A stretch of 64,000 nucleotides of DNA, taken from the NCBI GenBank assembly GCA_040954595.2, contig CM082590.2, forward strand, positions 5,952,001 to 6,016,000, in the 5' to 3' direction. Both the position numbers and the translations under genes were made by a program. Within the stretch, counting starts at the first letter, position 1, and each line of letters opens with the position of its first letter. This stretch comes from Balanoglossus misakiensis (taxonomy: Eukaryota; Animalia; Hemichordata). The notes beneath the pieces were generated by a model. That model worked only from the letters and a program-made list of their open reading frames with translations, did no database searches and was not told the origin of the DNA. Positions 24,717 through 38,500 of this stretch are shown piece by piece.

Positions 24717-26592
24717 TTAACTTCAGAAAACCAATCACTCTTGCAAGTTTCTTTGACCATTTTAGCCAAACAAAATCATTATACAGGAAACTTTTGAGAA
24801 TTTATGTCATTTGTTTGTAATTCCATTTTTTTCTATTTTCAACTCTTTTTAACCAGTATTTCATTATTTGCTTAAATTTGGTCTAATGAACTCAAAACTC
24901 ATAGCAGCAATTTCTATATTATTGCCTTGTGATCTTACACCTGCATCTACACATAGCAACCATTTTAGCAGTACAATCAACTAAGAAAAACACAGACTTA
25001 CAAGTGTCTATTTTCATGATTTGTTGTTTGAGGGCACACTCCACAAGTCTTAAGTCCACAAAAGGAAGTGGTCTACTCAATATTAAAAAATATTTTCATT
25101 TTCCTGATTTTTGTATATATTGTATTACCGGTATATCAATTATTTTTTAAATCACAAAATAAGAGAAAACGGTGTTCCCATTGTACTTTTCAGTTACGGG
25201 GTAAAAATATCGTGGAAAATGCTTAGTCAGCATTTTTTTGCTCACCTCAAGCTTAAGTTTTCCTATATTGCAATTATCTAAACAGCTTTATAAAAAAAAT
25301 CAAGTATGTTTTCATAAAAATCACTTCTTCAACTATTCTCTATTGAGCTTACACTGACATTGGTGGCCACTATGAATTTTAAATTTGGCTTAGTCTTGTT
25401 CTCTCATTTAAAATTTGCACCATGACCCAAAATTTTTGGTCTAAATTTAAGATTTTATCTTTCAAGGTACAAGACTACCTTAATTACTTCAACCCCATTT
25501 CCTTCTATAGAGGTCCAATTTTACTGTAGAAGACAATTAGTTGAAGCTAAACCATGGTGATGAAATGATTAAAAATATAAGTTTGAGATAAATCATTAAT
25601 TACCAGCACTTGCTTCAGCTTTATTCTACCAGAGATTTTTGAGTTTATAGATTATTTTGGATGGTCACTTGAAATATATTTGAGAAAAGCTTTACCAATT
25701 GTATATCTTATGAATTCTATCTTTTATTTTAATGAACAGTACATTAAAGGTCATTGACCACTTAAAATTGATTGTATGAGAGTGGATTCATTTCTATATA
25801 ATATACTCTGATGTTCAATCTCTCATGCAACAATTCCAAATTTTAAGGCACATTTGGCAGGAATGCCGTATTTGGCTATAATGCTACATATTGGAAAAAT
25901 ATGTGGATTTGCAAAGACGGGAAATAATAAATTTCTCAACTCTAACAGGAAATCACCCACAACTGACAAACGAAACAAAATCCTTGATAGTCAATGTAGT
26001 TGTAGACGTGAAATGATATTCACTCACAATCACATGATTACAGACACTGCTGTATTTGACAGCACAGTACATGTATACGATATCTTATACTGCACTGGGC
26101 TGTCAACTTCGACGGGGCCTATCAGTCAGTCACATACTGTCTAGCACAACACGCATTGACTGAAAGCCAACAAGGTCAAGGGTCCTTTGTAATAGCTGAA
26201 TTCATTGCCTGTCTTGTGTGTACGTCATCACAATGGAATGCAGTGATTCTCCCCCACAGTCGCACGGGGGTTGAATTGTATAACACGGCGATCGCCTATG
26301 ACACAGAAAAGTGTCATAGGTGATCGTCGTGTAAACACAACACAATCCTCATGCGACTGTGTTCTCCCCGGACACTTTTGGCTTCACTCCTCGCGTTCTC
26401 ACACCGCCAGTGGCGAACTAGTGAAGCGAGAAGAGTCTGCAAAGCGAGACTATGTCCTGTACTGAAGCTTGTGAAGTGGGAATAGGCCACTCCATTCCAC
26501 TGCTCGCACTGTCATAAAACATAAATAATCAAATCGTTGTTTAATGTGCCAACTAGTTTAGTGATTTAAACAGAAATCTAGGAATTCTGCTG

Positions 26593-26600
26593 TGACGTCA
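26593..26600. promoter_or_regulatory. Palindromic CRE/ATF site
   Basis: Perfect TGACGTCA 65 bp upstream of the kappaB site. Confidence 0.4.
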
Positions 26601-26664
26601 CCACAGTATTGAAGTGTATATGCCACACTTTATGGCGTCATGAACTTTGAACCAACTATTTATC

Positions 26665-26676
26665 GGGGTTTTCCCC
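26665..26676. promoter_or_regulatory. NF-kappaB (kappaB) site
   Basis: GGGGTTTTCCCC fits GGGRNNYYCC, about 145 bp upstream of the ANK-ROCO ATG. Confidence 0.5.
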
Positions 26677-26820
26677 AACTTGTTGTCAACATCACCTGAC
26701 CACGTAGGCGACGACGCCATTATAGAACATTTGCGAAGCTGACTTGTTCAACTCTAAAGCGGTGCTACTGATCCAGATTCTTAAAGTATTCCAACACAAT
26801 GTTAATGAAATGACGTAACC

Positions 26821-26850
26821 ATGGCTTCCGGAGACTATAAAAATCCACAG
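26821..26850 (+). CDS. ANK-ROCO exon 1 (MASGDYKNPQ)
   Basis: Strong Kozak context AACCATGG and a perfect CAG|GTAAGT donor, phase 0, matching exon 2. The exon is short, so this call is less certain. Confidence 0.65.
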
Positions 26851-29800
26851 GTAAGTAAATGTTAACTGTAGTAACTGACATTTCACACCAAATGCAACGA
26901 TGTCTGACAGTGACGCGTACGACGGCTGTTTTTATGAGTGGTTTATATTTTGTTTGTTTTTGGGGGGACTGAGGCCTGTTGTTCAAAATTTCTCCCTTCA
27001 ACCCTATGCACGTAAATTTAACCAGACATTTTGGTCACTAAACATATGACGGTTATGTTTAGACTTGTGGCGCTAGTCGGTGCCTAATAGGTGTTTTTAT
27101 TTTTCAACGGGTCAGCTTGCCCTACACACGGAATATATAGAAACTTCTAGTGTTTGTGTGTATTGCTAGATAGTGTATTCATAACTATGTAAATACCCGG
27201 TTGACAAAAACGCCACATTGATCACGATGTTTTCCGTTCACTCCAACTGGCGAAATCCCAGTCTCTATTGTATGGAGCGATATTTGACGATACTGAAGTA
27301 AGACTCGGATTCGGTTTCGGATTCGGGTTGGAGAGACTGAAAGTAGTTTAGCATTTTCGGGCAACCATCGCGGTTAGGCATCTGCAGTACGAGTATGAAC
27401 ATAACTCTGTAAAAATATGAATATATTTGATCAAACTCTCTCGACATGTTATGTATGATATTTTTGGTACCAAAACACTGTTTTTTTTTCACATAGGAAA
27501 TTGTTAAATACATATTTTATTATCGAAAAACATACTTCAATGGTAGAAAGATAATATTTTGTAATTTTCGGTTTGAATAAACATTTTTTGGGTGAGAAAA
27601 TGTCATACATAATAAGTACAGATTAAATCAAATTTATTCGTGTTTTAGTAAAGTAATTTTCATTCTTGTACTGCAGATGCCTAACCGATGCCCGAAAATG
27701 CTAAACTACTTTCAGTCTCTCCAACCCGAATCTGAAACCGAATCCGAAACTGAATCCGAAACCGAATCCGAGTCTTACTTCAGTATCGTATGTGTCTATA
27801 TATGGGGTAGTCTCGGTTACCCAGACGCCTTTGCTTCTTCCGATGCTCTCCAGAAAAGGGTCTGGGGAAATGCTATTGAAAGCTTTGTAAAACAAAATGG
27901 CCGATGTCAGGATTTTGATCATCGCCTGATTGGCTGAGCTGTCAGTATGACCCGGGTCACTGACTCTCGACAATGTGTGATTATTTGTCGTATCTTCATA
28001 TCAAGAGACCGGTACTTGTTGGTTCATGCGAAAGGCAAAAGGCGTCCTCTGTTAGCATTGTTGGAGAAATTATATGAAATATCTTTGGTAGACGATTGTC
28101 GAAATTATTGCAGTGACCCGGGTCATACTGACAGCTCAGCCAATCAGGCGATGATCAAAATCCTGACATCGGCCATTTTGTTTTACAAAGCTTTCAATAG
28201 TATTTCCCCAGACCCTTTTCTGGAGAGCATCGGAAGAGCAAAGGCGTCTGGGTAACCGAGACTATATATGGGGCAGTCAGATTGACGCCATATCAAATGA
28301 TGATAACCTTTGACCCGAAATGAGTTCATTCAAGGTGACGCAGGTATGGTGTTGGTCATAAGGGGTCGTGGATAATCATTAATTCCCCATGAGCTGACTC
28401 TATCTTCTCCGTATCCTTTGCCGACAGATGACACGACAGGTTGATGATACATGTGTGCATACCCACGAGTAAGCTTTTTAAAATGAACCAATCGAACAGT
28501 TCATTACTGACTGTGGGTTGTTGATTCCATGTTCTGACCAACAGGACGACATCCCAAATCTGTAGACTATAACAATAGAGCATCTGGACAGTGAATTGAC
28601 CATTACCTTGTTCACGTTTCTTTTATGGAAATCATGCAAGCCCTATCAAACAGTCAAAAATGCTTCTTGGGAAGCACATCAGCGACCAGGTATACAAAGC
28701 TGTCACACGACCCACACACTACTACAGCTACACAATAACTTGCTCACACAGTTTGGACAAACATTCATATGGTGATACTTTCATTGCATTTGTTCACCGT
28801 TCTCTTGAGACCGTTGCCTTATCATGAGTCCATGGGCTCATCCGGGCATTTTCCAGTACATGTATCTATATTTTGGTGTAAGCCGTGTACGTTTATGTGT
28901 AATTAGAATACTTTACCATATCATCGATGCACATGGTTTACACAATGTGATGTGACAATTTAAGTATTATTTCTTGGTGTTTGTGATTTTGTTTGTTCAT
29001 ATTCAAAGATCAGTTCAAATTCTGAAGAATTTTATATACAACGCAATATTTAAAAAACAACAATTGTATGTTTCACTGAATGTTATAGGTTCTCATTAAA
29101 GCCGCTGAGAATGGTGATGTTGCAAGGATTCGGTCGTTGATAGCTGATGGATACGACGTCAATGCAAAGGGTGCATTTCTTGGCAGGGTAAGTATTTGCA
29201 CTGCCTCACTCAGCATTTCACACGTGCAACCCAGTCACACAGGTATCGAATCTGAAGCGGCAAACGATTTGACCTTGACTCACTGATGAACACAAACCTT
29301 TCCTGTATTTGATATACAAGCTTATATGCATTTGAAATAAAAAACATGTGTCAAAAATAAAACTTGTTTCATCCTTTGTTTCTCTTATAGCTATTTGAGG
29401 TTAGAAAGAGAAATTTGAAGCCGAAACGAATAAGAAAATAATGTTGGCTGTAACGTCCATGTATCCGTATATTGTGATCAGTAACAGTCTGTGGCGCAGT
29501 TGTTGACAAATCCAGATCGATGTTTGCAAATGTCATAGAAAATAAAAGTGTTAACAAATAATTGAAACCCCAAAAGCGACACAATAGAGATTAAAAATCC
29601 CGCGTCGTAAGTCAATCCGGAATTCAGGTGAATATGGTCATGGAAAAGAGTGCCGTTGATTGCCCTTATAAACAAAAAGTGCGGATTTCTTTAGTCTGTG
29701 GTGTTTGTATTACAAGTGTATTCTTCAGGCGTGATTTGAATCTTTGAGGTTGGTCAATTGTTGATTGATTGTAATATTTATTTCCTCTGGCTCTTCGATG

Positions 29801-32800
29801 GATATCTTTGCTGTTTAAATTACTTGAGTGAATAAACACACATGTTTTGAGATGAAAGTGTTACTGTACCTCAATGGACATAGAACAATGCCAGAGTAAG
29901 GACATAGTGCTTGTCTATGGGGAATACAGGGAGAATATCAGAGTCGTGACAAGGCCAGGCTGAAATGTTTCATTTGCGGACACCCGATGAATATGTGGAA
30001 TCTGTGTCATTGCAGGCTGGAGAGTTGCCATTTGGACGAAATCTTCATCTGTGGAGGAAGCTAGTGATTACATGTGCCCCATGCATTATGTGCCATTGTT
30101 AGCTTAGAGACCGTCTCAGATTGTCACAAAACTAGCTGGTTAAATCGGATGTAGAATTAGGCGGTGTCTTTACTATGGCTGATTCTTGGCTTTACTGTTC
30201 GGAAAGGGACCGTCCACCCGAGAACGGCCAAGACAGAGAACAGAACAGCCAAAATGATCACCATAGGTAAATACAACGCCTAACTCTACATCTGATTTCA
30301 ATCAGATTGGTCACATAAATTCAACAAAGTTCTTATGTTTATTAGAAGTGCGAATTCAACTTGTTTAGTGAATTTCACTTTCACACTTATTTGCGCGACC
30401 ACAATTTTCCTTTTATGTTTTTTGTTAAATTCAGTGAACCAGACATATGTGATTTCAGTTCCCTTCTATGGATACTACAAACGCTTTTTTAAAAAAAGAC
30501 AAATTCGAGAGAAATGTCCAGACTGGTTTACACAATTCTTTTTCTGATGTTTCCTAGCAACATTAAATAATTATAACATTGAAGTAACGTAAGTACCAAC
30601 GCTAGGTCCATAGCAGGCTATACCTAAATATTAACTTACATCAACAGAGAAACAGGGGATTGTGTGTGTCGGGTGTGATTGAAAATTTCAAAATGTCCCA
30701 TGCCAATGTTGGGTTCATAGCGGGCCAGACTTCAACTTACATCAACAGAGAAACACGAGGGATTGTATATGTCTGGTGTATCACGTCCGCCATGTTTATC
30801 TGTTAGAGTACTTGGTGTGATTGAAAATTTAAACATATCAATGTAATTTATTAAACGATATTAAGACCTGTTGCACCTATGAGTCTGCATAAACATGTAT
30901 AGTGCGCTACATTATATTAGAATTTTATAGTGTTACACTTGTTAGAAAAATCTATAGGACATGTTATAAATGTTCTCTGAAACAATAGAGTGTTTTGGTC
31001 TGAAACAACTATAGATGCTACACACATTTAACTCATAATATCAGTCAACACTTAAAGTTACAAATCGATTTCAGTGAAATTATAGCCATGTCACCTTACA
31101 AGTCCAACATTGGAACATAGCTTGTGTTTATTTTAATTCAAATGAATTTGTCAATTTCAGGCTGGAGCCACAGCATTGCATGCTGCAGCCAACAAAAATA
31201 AACTGGAAGCGGCACAAGTGTTGATCGACCATGGAGCTGACGTCAATGCTAAGGATGAGGTAAGTGGCTTTACATGTTCACTCACCAATAGCCCGAATGG
31301 CCAAAAAGGTGACTCTGTACTTATATTTTGTAGCGTTGACAACCTTCGGGATGTCAATCACGTAATAAATGTTACTGCAATAAACCGACACACATAATAG
31401 GATTATGAAGAATATGAAAGAGTTTGAGGGAGAGTTTTTGGACCGTGGCTATACCTGCGGCCAAGTTAAATTCTTATCTCTTTTGAGACCATCCAATTCA
31501 CTTTTGAATATCATACCACTATAAAGCAATATTTTATTATAAGGTCAAGTATTTCGAGAGGTTGGGATCAGGGTGTTCATATCGAAATTCATAATTCTAT
31601 TTTTCGATAAATAATCTACCAATAGTTAACTTTTTGACCGGAAAGTTAGGGACCTAACCATGAATTATTGCTACATGCACGATGACACATTTATTTTATA
31701 TTTAAACAAACTGTAGTGTAATAGCTGTCAGTAACAACGGCGAAGCGAAATAAAGCTTTGAGAATAAATAATTGTAAATTGTAGGGGTGCCATGTATCCT
31801 GCACAACAGGCCGGGGGGGGGGGGGTTCTCCTATAGGAATGTGTACGGGTATGTGCCACCCAGAAGCGTCACTTTTCAACGGAAAAATCCCCAAACTTGG
31901 GATGACTTTTCAACCGAAAATCTACAAAGTGGGATTCTTTCATAAACCGTCATCATGTAGTTACCGTTATGAAACTGACTCTAAAGAAACGCCAAACCTC
32001 GCCACCCGTCGACGCCGCGCACAGGCACACGAAGTGTGTCACAAGTGGTGTCGTTGTCTCCGATGCTCGATTCTTGTGGCTTCACCGCTCGTGGCGCACT
32101 TCGTGTGGCTAAGCCATCGTTGGACAGAGAGAGAGGTCTGGCTGGCGAGACTTTAAAAAGTTGTCTGGCTGAAGTCCACCATAATCATTTGAATGTCAAT
32201 AGTGGTTCTGCATATTTCTTACCTTTCATTCATGATTGCCATTCTTTGATTGGCTAATTCCAATGCTCTTTTAAGGGGTAATGAAACTGCTGTCTAGGCT
32301 TTTATAAAATTTAGATCATTGTCAGTTTAAGGGTATTGTACAGAGGGCATCTTCAAATGAAAACAACACACGCACGTATCATAAATCTTAAATAAAGAAT
32401 ACCTGTGGTGTTAATGTACTCTCAAAGGACACTGCCCTATCACCACATCATGCATTCATGTTCATTTCTTGGGGGACTGGGATGTATCCTACTATTAATT
32501 AATCCCCCCAAAAAAACACAAAAACAACAACAACAACAACAACAACAAAGTTTCGGCAAAACATGTTGTGCCATCTCAAAAATGAATGTTTCAGAATGTG
32601 TGTTACAGTGCATGCTTAATGAAACATTGCGTGTTCCATTTTACGCTTATAGTCAGGGATTTTCAGTGACACCTTTTTGTTGTATTCCCACAGGGTGGTC
32701 GGGTACCGTTACACTATGCAGCAGGGAATGGCGATGGTGACGTGGTGAGACTTCTACTGCAATCCAATGCCAGCATCGATGTGCAGACCAACGTAAGTTA

Positions 32801-35481
32801 CTGTAATCACACAAATTCTATTCTACACTCACACATCAGTTGACATGTTTTATTATCAATAACACACATTTTTGAACATAGGTAAATAAAAATAAATAAT
32901 TAACGTCTATCCCTCTGCCTTATTCCCAACAACCCAGACGTTACAATATAATATTACCAATGACAGCCTCTCTTGTTAATTATGGATTCTTAAAAAAATT
33001 AATATTTCAATGTTTTTTTTCTTTAAAAGCACAGTTTGTCATGATTTAAAAAGAGAAATTAATTTGTTTGTTTCGTTGAATGTGAGATCAAGATCAGCAG
33101 ATTTATATGTAAATATTAGTGTGTATCATAATATAGGACCAATAAACGAGAGCCCCTCTTACTGATAACAGCATGAAAGAAATCCTCTATTCCAGTAATG
33201 ACCAATAAATATATAGCCTGCAACAGCGCATTAAATTATACAAACTGGTTATAAAACTTCAAACGGAAGCTCTCGTCACGCTGCGCATGTGTGCATTGTT
33301 TGTTGGAAAAAAAATTGCCCACAAATCCCTGAAATTCTATTTTTAGAATTATTTTTTTGAATGAAGGAAGCCGCCCACTGTAGCGTAGACTGGGCATGAT
33401 AGCAACTGAACATCCTACAAGTCGTGGCAACTGCAGTGGGGATTGCGCTGGTATAGGAGGACGTGTATCATCCATGCAGAGCGCTCGACGCGACAACCAC
33501 TCAAGCTAGAGAAGCCAGCCTTGCTAAGACTCAAATCTGCGTTAACCCGGCCCTGCATTGCATTGAGCTTGGCACGTCGGTTAGATTCCGCTGATAAACC
33601 TTATCACACTGTTGTCCGATTCCAAGTATATTTAGTCAGTCACCTTGTTGTAGAGATGACTGCAACAGGTGGTACAGGCGCTTGAATCGCGCCATTGTTG
33701 ACACGAGTATATCAACTAAGCCCTATACATGTATAGTGTGACCTACGCCTAACTGTTTATCTGTTCACAAATACTCAATATAAGCCTATAAAAAGTTTCG
33801 CGATGTTGGCTAAACAGCCGTGGACAATTGCCATAACGCGGTTGGTCGATGTCTTGAAAAATCATTCTGTATTTTGCATAAAGGCAAGGAAAAATTTCAG
33901 GGGGATTAAACCTGACAGTTTATTTCTCTGTGTTTGTACAAAGACATGAAATCATCTAGTGTAGGCGTTTCCGGGTACAGTTTGTTTTTACCGAAAAGGG
34001 CGTATTATGCAAATGAAGGGGGGAGTTAATGAAAAACGTAGATTTTTGTAAAGCAAAACATGTTCCACATCTTCCGATGCACGATGAATGGAATTAAAGT
34101 ATGTGCAAATTTCTGAAAATCCAACCTTTTCAGAGTTTGGTTCAGTAGTTGTGGAAATGCAGCTGTTCCGCCGGAGGATATGCTAATTCCGCGCATTGCT
34201 GGCTGCTAGGAAGCCCTACAAGTTCACCAATAATATCGCAATGTTCCTGTCAGAACTTGGCTTGCCACGTATTGCTGTCACCATGCGTTATATTAAATAT
34301 ATTAAATTTTATATTAAATACTTTCCCACCACGTGTAGGTAATATTGAAATCACACCGTCCCCGAAGGACTGTGATGAAACATAATCTGTTTCCTGATGT
34401 TTGCCTGTCACTTGCCTCCTCCGATGTTATTTGTCAAAATCCCGAAACGAATTTTCTGCTTGGCGGCCGTGTATGAGTCTACATGAACATGCGGTCATAA
34501 CTCTGGCTTTGCTGGAGCATTTGCCTATTTCAGTTCATGCCGAGTGCTGAGTTCTGTGTTGGGTTGTGGCGTCTGTTTCTGTGCGTACATGAATGTGTGT
34601 TCCTAGCCCTGCGTACTGGTCTGTGAGTTCCCGTCGGTAGGCGACCGGTGGAGGCCGTGTAACGCAAGCTAACAATGGGGAAGTGGTCGACTTCTATTGG
34701 ACGTAACGCTAACGCTAACGCTAACGCTATTTACTACTGTATAATTAAACTAGTTTTAAAATAGTTGCCATGGCCACCCTTTAACGTTAGCAGATATTTA
34801 GTGGCTCTCTATCGGAATTTGTCTATTACACATAAACACCCATCCGTGAGCCACTCGATATGAAAATTTGGGTTACGCCGCCCTCACTATAAGCGGCAGT
34901 CCTACTGACAAAATGATGCTCGTGCTCGTACTATCACTATCGTAATGCCGTCTCTTGTCAGTCTCAGCCCCACGAGAGCTTAAAGTTTAACACAAGAAAA
35001 CCATGAAAATTGTCCCGACTGTCACATTTCGATACTGAAGTAAATTCCAACCAGAGGCGTGGTTTGCATACAGTAGATTTGTGAAGATTCCTCCGTTCAT
35101 AAAACGAGATGAAACAGTTTTCACATGTATAGAAATGATTTAACACATAGCATTTCCTTGTAGAAATAGCTACCGTGTGTTCCATCTGTTTGTTTAGTGT
35201 ATAAGAATATCATTTTCTGAGCAGTACAGTCGGTGGGTTAAAGCAGTGGTACTCTTGAAGTCTATCTAATATTCCACTTTGTTTAATAACCTCTTATAAT
35301 GTTCGATTTCGCGTATTTGAATTGACACCAAATATCAGTTCGGATTATCTCAAACTAGAGAGATTTGAGTGTGCACACAATGCCACTCGCGTAATAGTTA
35401 CCTGTGGTTGCATGGCGATCGCAGTCATGTCATATCTGTACATGCATCGCTGTAAACTTACAGTGGACAGTGATTGTTTGT

Positions 35482-35522
<41 letters not shown>

Positions 35523-35543
35523 GATGAAATGATGATGATGATT

Positions 35544-35575
<32 letters not shown>

Positions 35576-38500
35576 AAAAATTTTTGTTAAAACACAATGA
35601 AGCATTTCTTGCTGTTGTTTGTCGATGTTGTAAATAACTGTAAAAGAGATCGCCCAACGTTGTATGGTCTCCCAGCGTCACTCCTGAGTACAATAAAGAG
35701 AAGGGTGGAATCGAGGTGCCCTGCTCCAGTCTAAATCCTTCAAGGTCCTGTAAAAACACCCCATCAACGACCGATCGATTGAAATGTGCCATCATAGGCA
35801 TTGAATATTTTCGTAAAGGGATACTGAGATATTAGACTTTGACATTAGAAATGGCCACATCAAAAGAAACTGTTGTTCGGGAAGGCTAAAATCCTAAGAT
35901 TTATCTTACGGTCCAATACTATTATAGACAGATTAAGCCGCAGGACACTTTTCCCCATAGTGATGAAATATCCGGCATTTACACATAAGGCGAATTTATG
36001 TAGCAATATTCTAAACTACCAATCCGAAACAATATTGCTTCTCTGATGTAAATGTTGTTTTGCACATAAGCCATTGATCATCACAACTGTCATGGTGTCC
36101 CATTGAAAAGTTTATGACTAGTGATATGAAAGGTATTGTAACAATAAATAACAAAACCAACAGTGTTTTTTAAATTTAATTTGCATAATTACGTACATCT
36201 TCAAAGAAACCCGAAAAGTATCTGTTTTGCTGATTACGATACATAAAAAATCCACTTTCATTAACTAGTACTGCAGTGTTGATGTCTGATATGTCTTTGT
36301 ATTTTACAGGATGGTGACACACCTATACATCGGGCAGCAGAGTGGGGTCAGGAAGGAGCAGCACTGTTATTACTGAAAGCCAAATGCTCTGTCAACATAC
36401 AAAACAAGGTAAGTTAGAACCAGCCTCGGTGCAGAAGGTGATGTAAGCGTTATAGATTGAGTTTTTTTGGTGGCTTTACTTTGGGGACAAGTTTTCGTTT
36501 GAAGGTATTATGTGTGTTATAATGTGCGTGTGTTGTGCGTGTGGCGCAGAAACGTTTGATGATTAGAAAAAACAATTTATTGGGGTCGGATCGTATGTTC
36601 AATTTGCATTCTTCCCACCCGCACCCGTTGAAGTTATTTTGAAAAATATGCCTGAAATGTCTGATAACAAAGGGAAATGTTTTTATTTTGACGATATTGA
36701 CGAGGAAGTAATTTGAGAATCGCGTAAGTTTAGGGTGAAGCAGCAGCGGTTCATTGTTGTGATAAGTTTGCATCGCGAGCACTTTCTGTAAACGGTGAGG
36801 TAGATCCCTCTCGCGGTTTACACAGTGAAGCGTGGGGCTACCCGTCACGTTTGCTTTATTCTCCTGTCTATACAGTCGCTGGCCGAGAATTTCTGGGGAG
36901 AGTGGAAACATTACTAATTTCGTTTGGTGATTTCCTGTCATTTAGTGGAAACTGTGACCACAGTGGAACTGTCTGGGCAGTGTGGTCCTTAGCTGTAGTA
37001 TTAAGCTCAACTCCCTTTTCTCTCTTCTGACGAGCGATTTGATATGTTGCGGATTTTACCCGAAATTTGCTTGAAATATGGCGGTCCGGGGCGACTTTTT
37101 AATTTGCATTGTGGACACAACTGACTCTTCCTGTTTAAGTTTCGCACGTACGCAAGAATTTTGTCTCTTTCTGGAAATATTCACGTACATTCGCGAAATT
37201 CCAACGTTTATCACCCCGTTTTCCGTTGATATTGTCGGGTACATCAGGTGGATGGTCATTGGCCGTGAAAGTACATAAGATTATTCTGACTCCCCAACAT
37301 ACCGGCTGTCTGTGTGGAAATGACTTTTGTTTTGTATCTATTCAATAGCGTTGAAGTTGGAGACAATATAGCTTTAAACATCCAAACCACGTGTACAGTA
37401 TATACCAGCAGGGTTTTGTCATTTTATTACTGTGTTTTTTTTTCATAAATGGGTAATTCGGTAACTTTTGACACTTTAGAAGAAATTTGTGAAATGCTCC
37501 AAATATTTGTCGGTCGGGCCTATTTAATTTATTTTTCTATTGATCTAATGACGGTGTATAGAGTTAAGAGTGATAACATTTAGATTCTTGAACCGGAAAA
37601 CTGAATCCAAAATTGTGTCTAAAGCAAATTTCAATGTCGTGAGAACAGGAACCTTTAGATGTTGCATTATTGAATACTACTGAAGCTGTGGAATCGGTTA
37701 TCAATGGTTGAACAGTGTTATTCTAGGATTGCCTCATTATGCAAACTTTGTTAAAATTTCACAATGACTGACAATACTGCATGGTCACACCAAAATGGTG
37801 TCAATAGACTCAAAGCCTGGCGCTGGGTTAATTTTAAGGCACAATAACTGATGAACCGCATTCGCTTCTTTCACCTCATGTTCCCTTTTCAGTTAAAATT
37901 GTCAAAATTTGTTTCAAATGTGGAATATGAAACCTGTATTGAGTGTGTTGGACGAAATTTATCACGGATTCTGTTGGACATTGTTTCACTGTTGTTGTTT
38001 TTATCAGCCTCAATGTCACTTCGAGGAAATAGTATGCTGACATTGTTTGGAGTCATCAACATCCTATTCCAGGGACAAGACCATCCATGTTAAAGCTGAC
38101 ACCTCCATAACATGTGAACGAAACGAAATTCCTTCCTACTTTGATAACGACACAGATGTTAAACACAATATTGCTCATGTGACTTCCCTAATGGTAGAGG
38201 ACCCACTGCAGCTTAAGATTGGGCTCTCCAATCAAAGAATCACGGGTCCCAACCTTTCCACAGTGGTGGTGTCCGTGTTCTTGAGCCAGGAGATATCCTT
38301 CTAGTTGCTTCTCCCAACACAGGAGTAAAAGTGAAGGACTGCAGAGATTATGATTAGTAGTGTGTTATTGCGTTACTTGTGGCTGCCGTGTAGGTACGCT
38401 GACATTGTTGCTCTATAGTCAAGTGATATTAGATCTGGAAACACAACACTCGCCATATATATATCGTCACAGAGCCCTTCGGGTTCTTTCATTCTGCTAG

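Noticed and set aside
21338-26820. Search for DAPK kinase-domain exons upstream of the ankyrin exons
   Set aside because: No kinase motifs (HxDLKPEN, DFG, APE) were seen by eye or in the ORF track; very short exons cannot be fully excluded.
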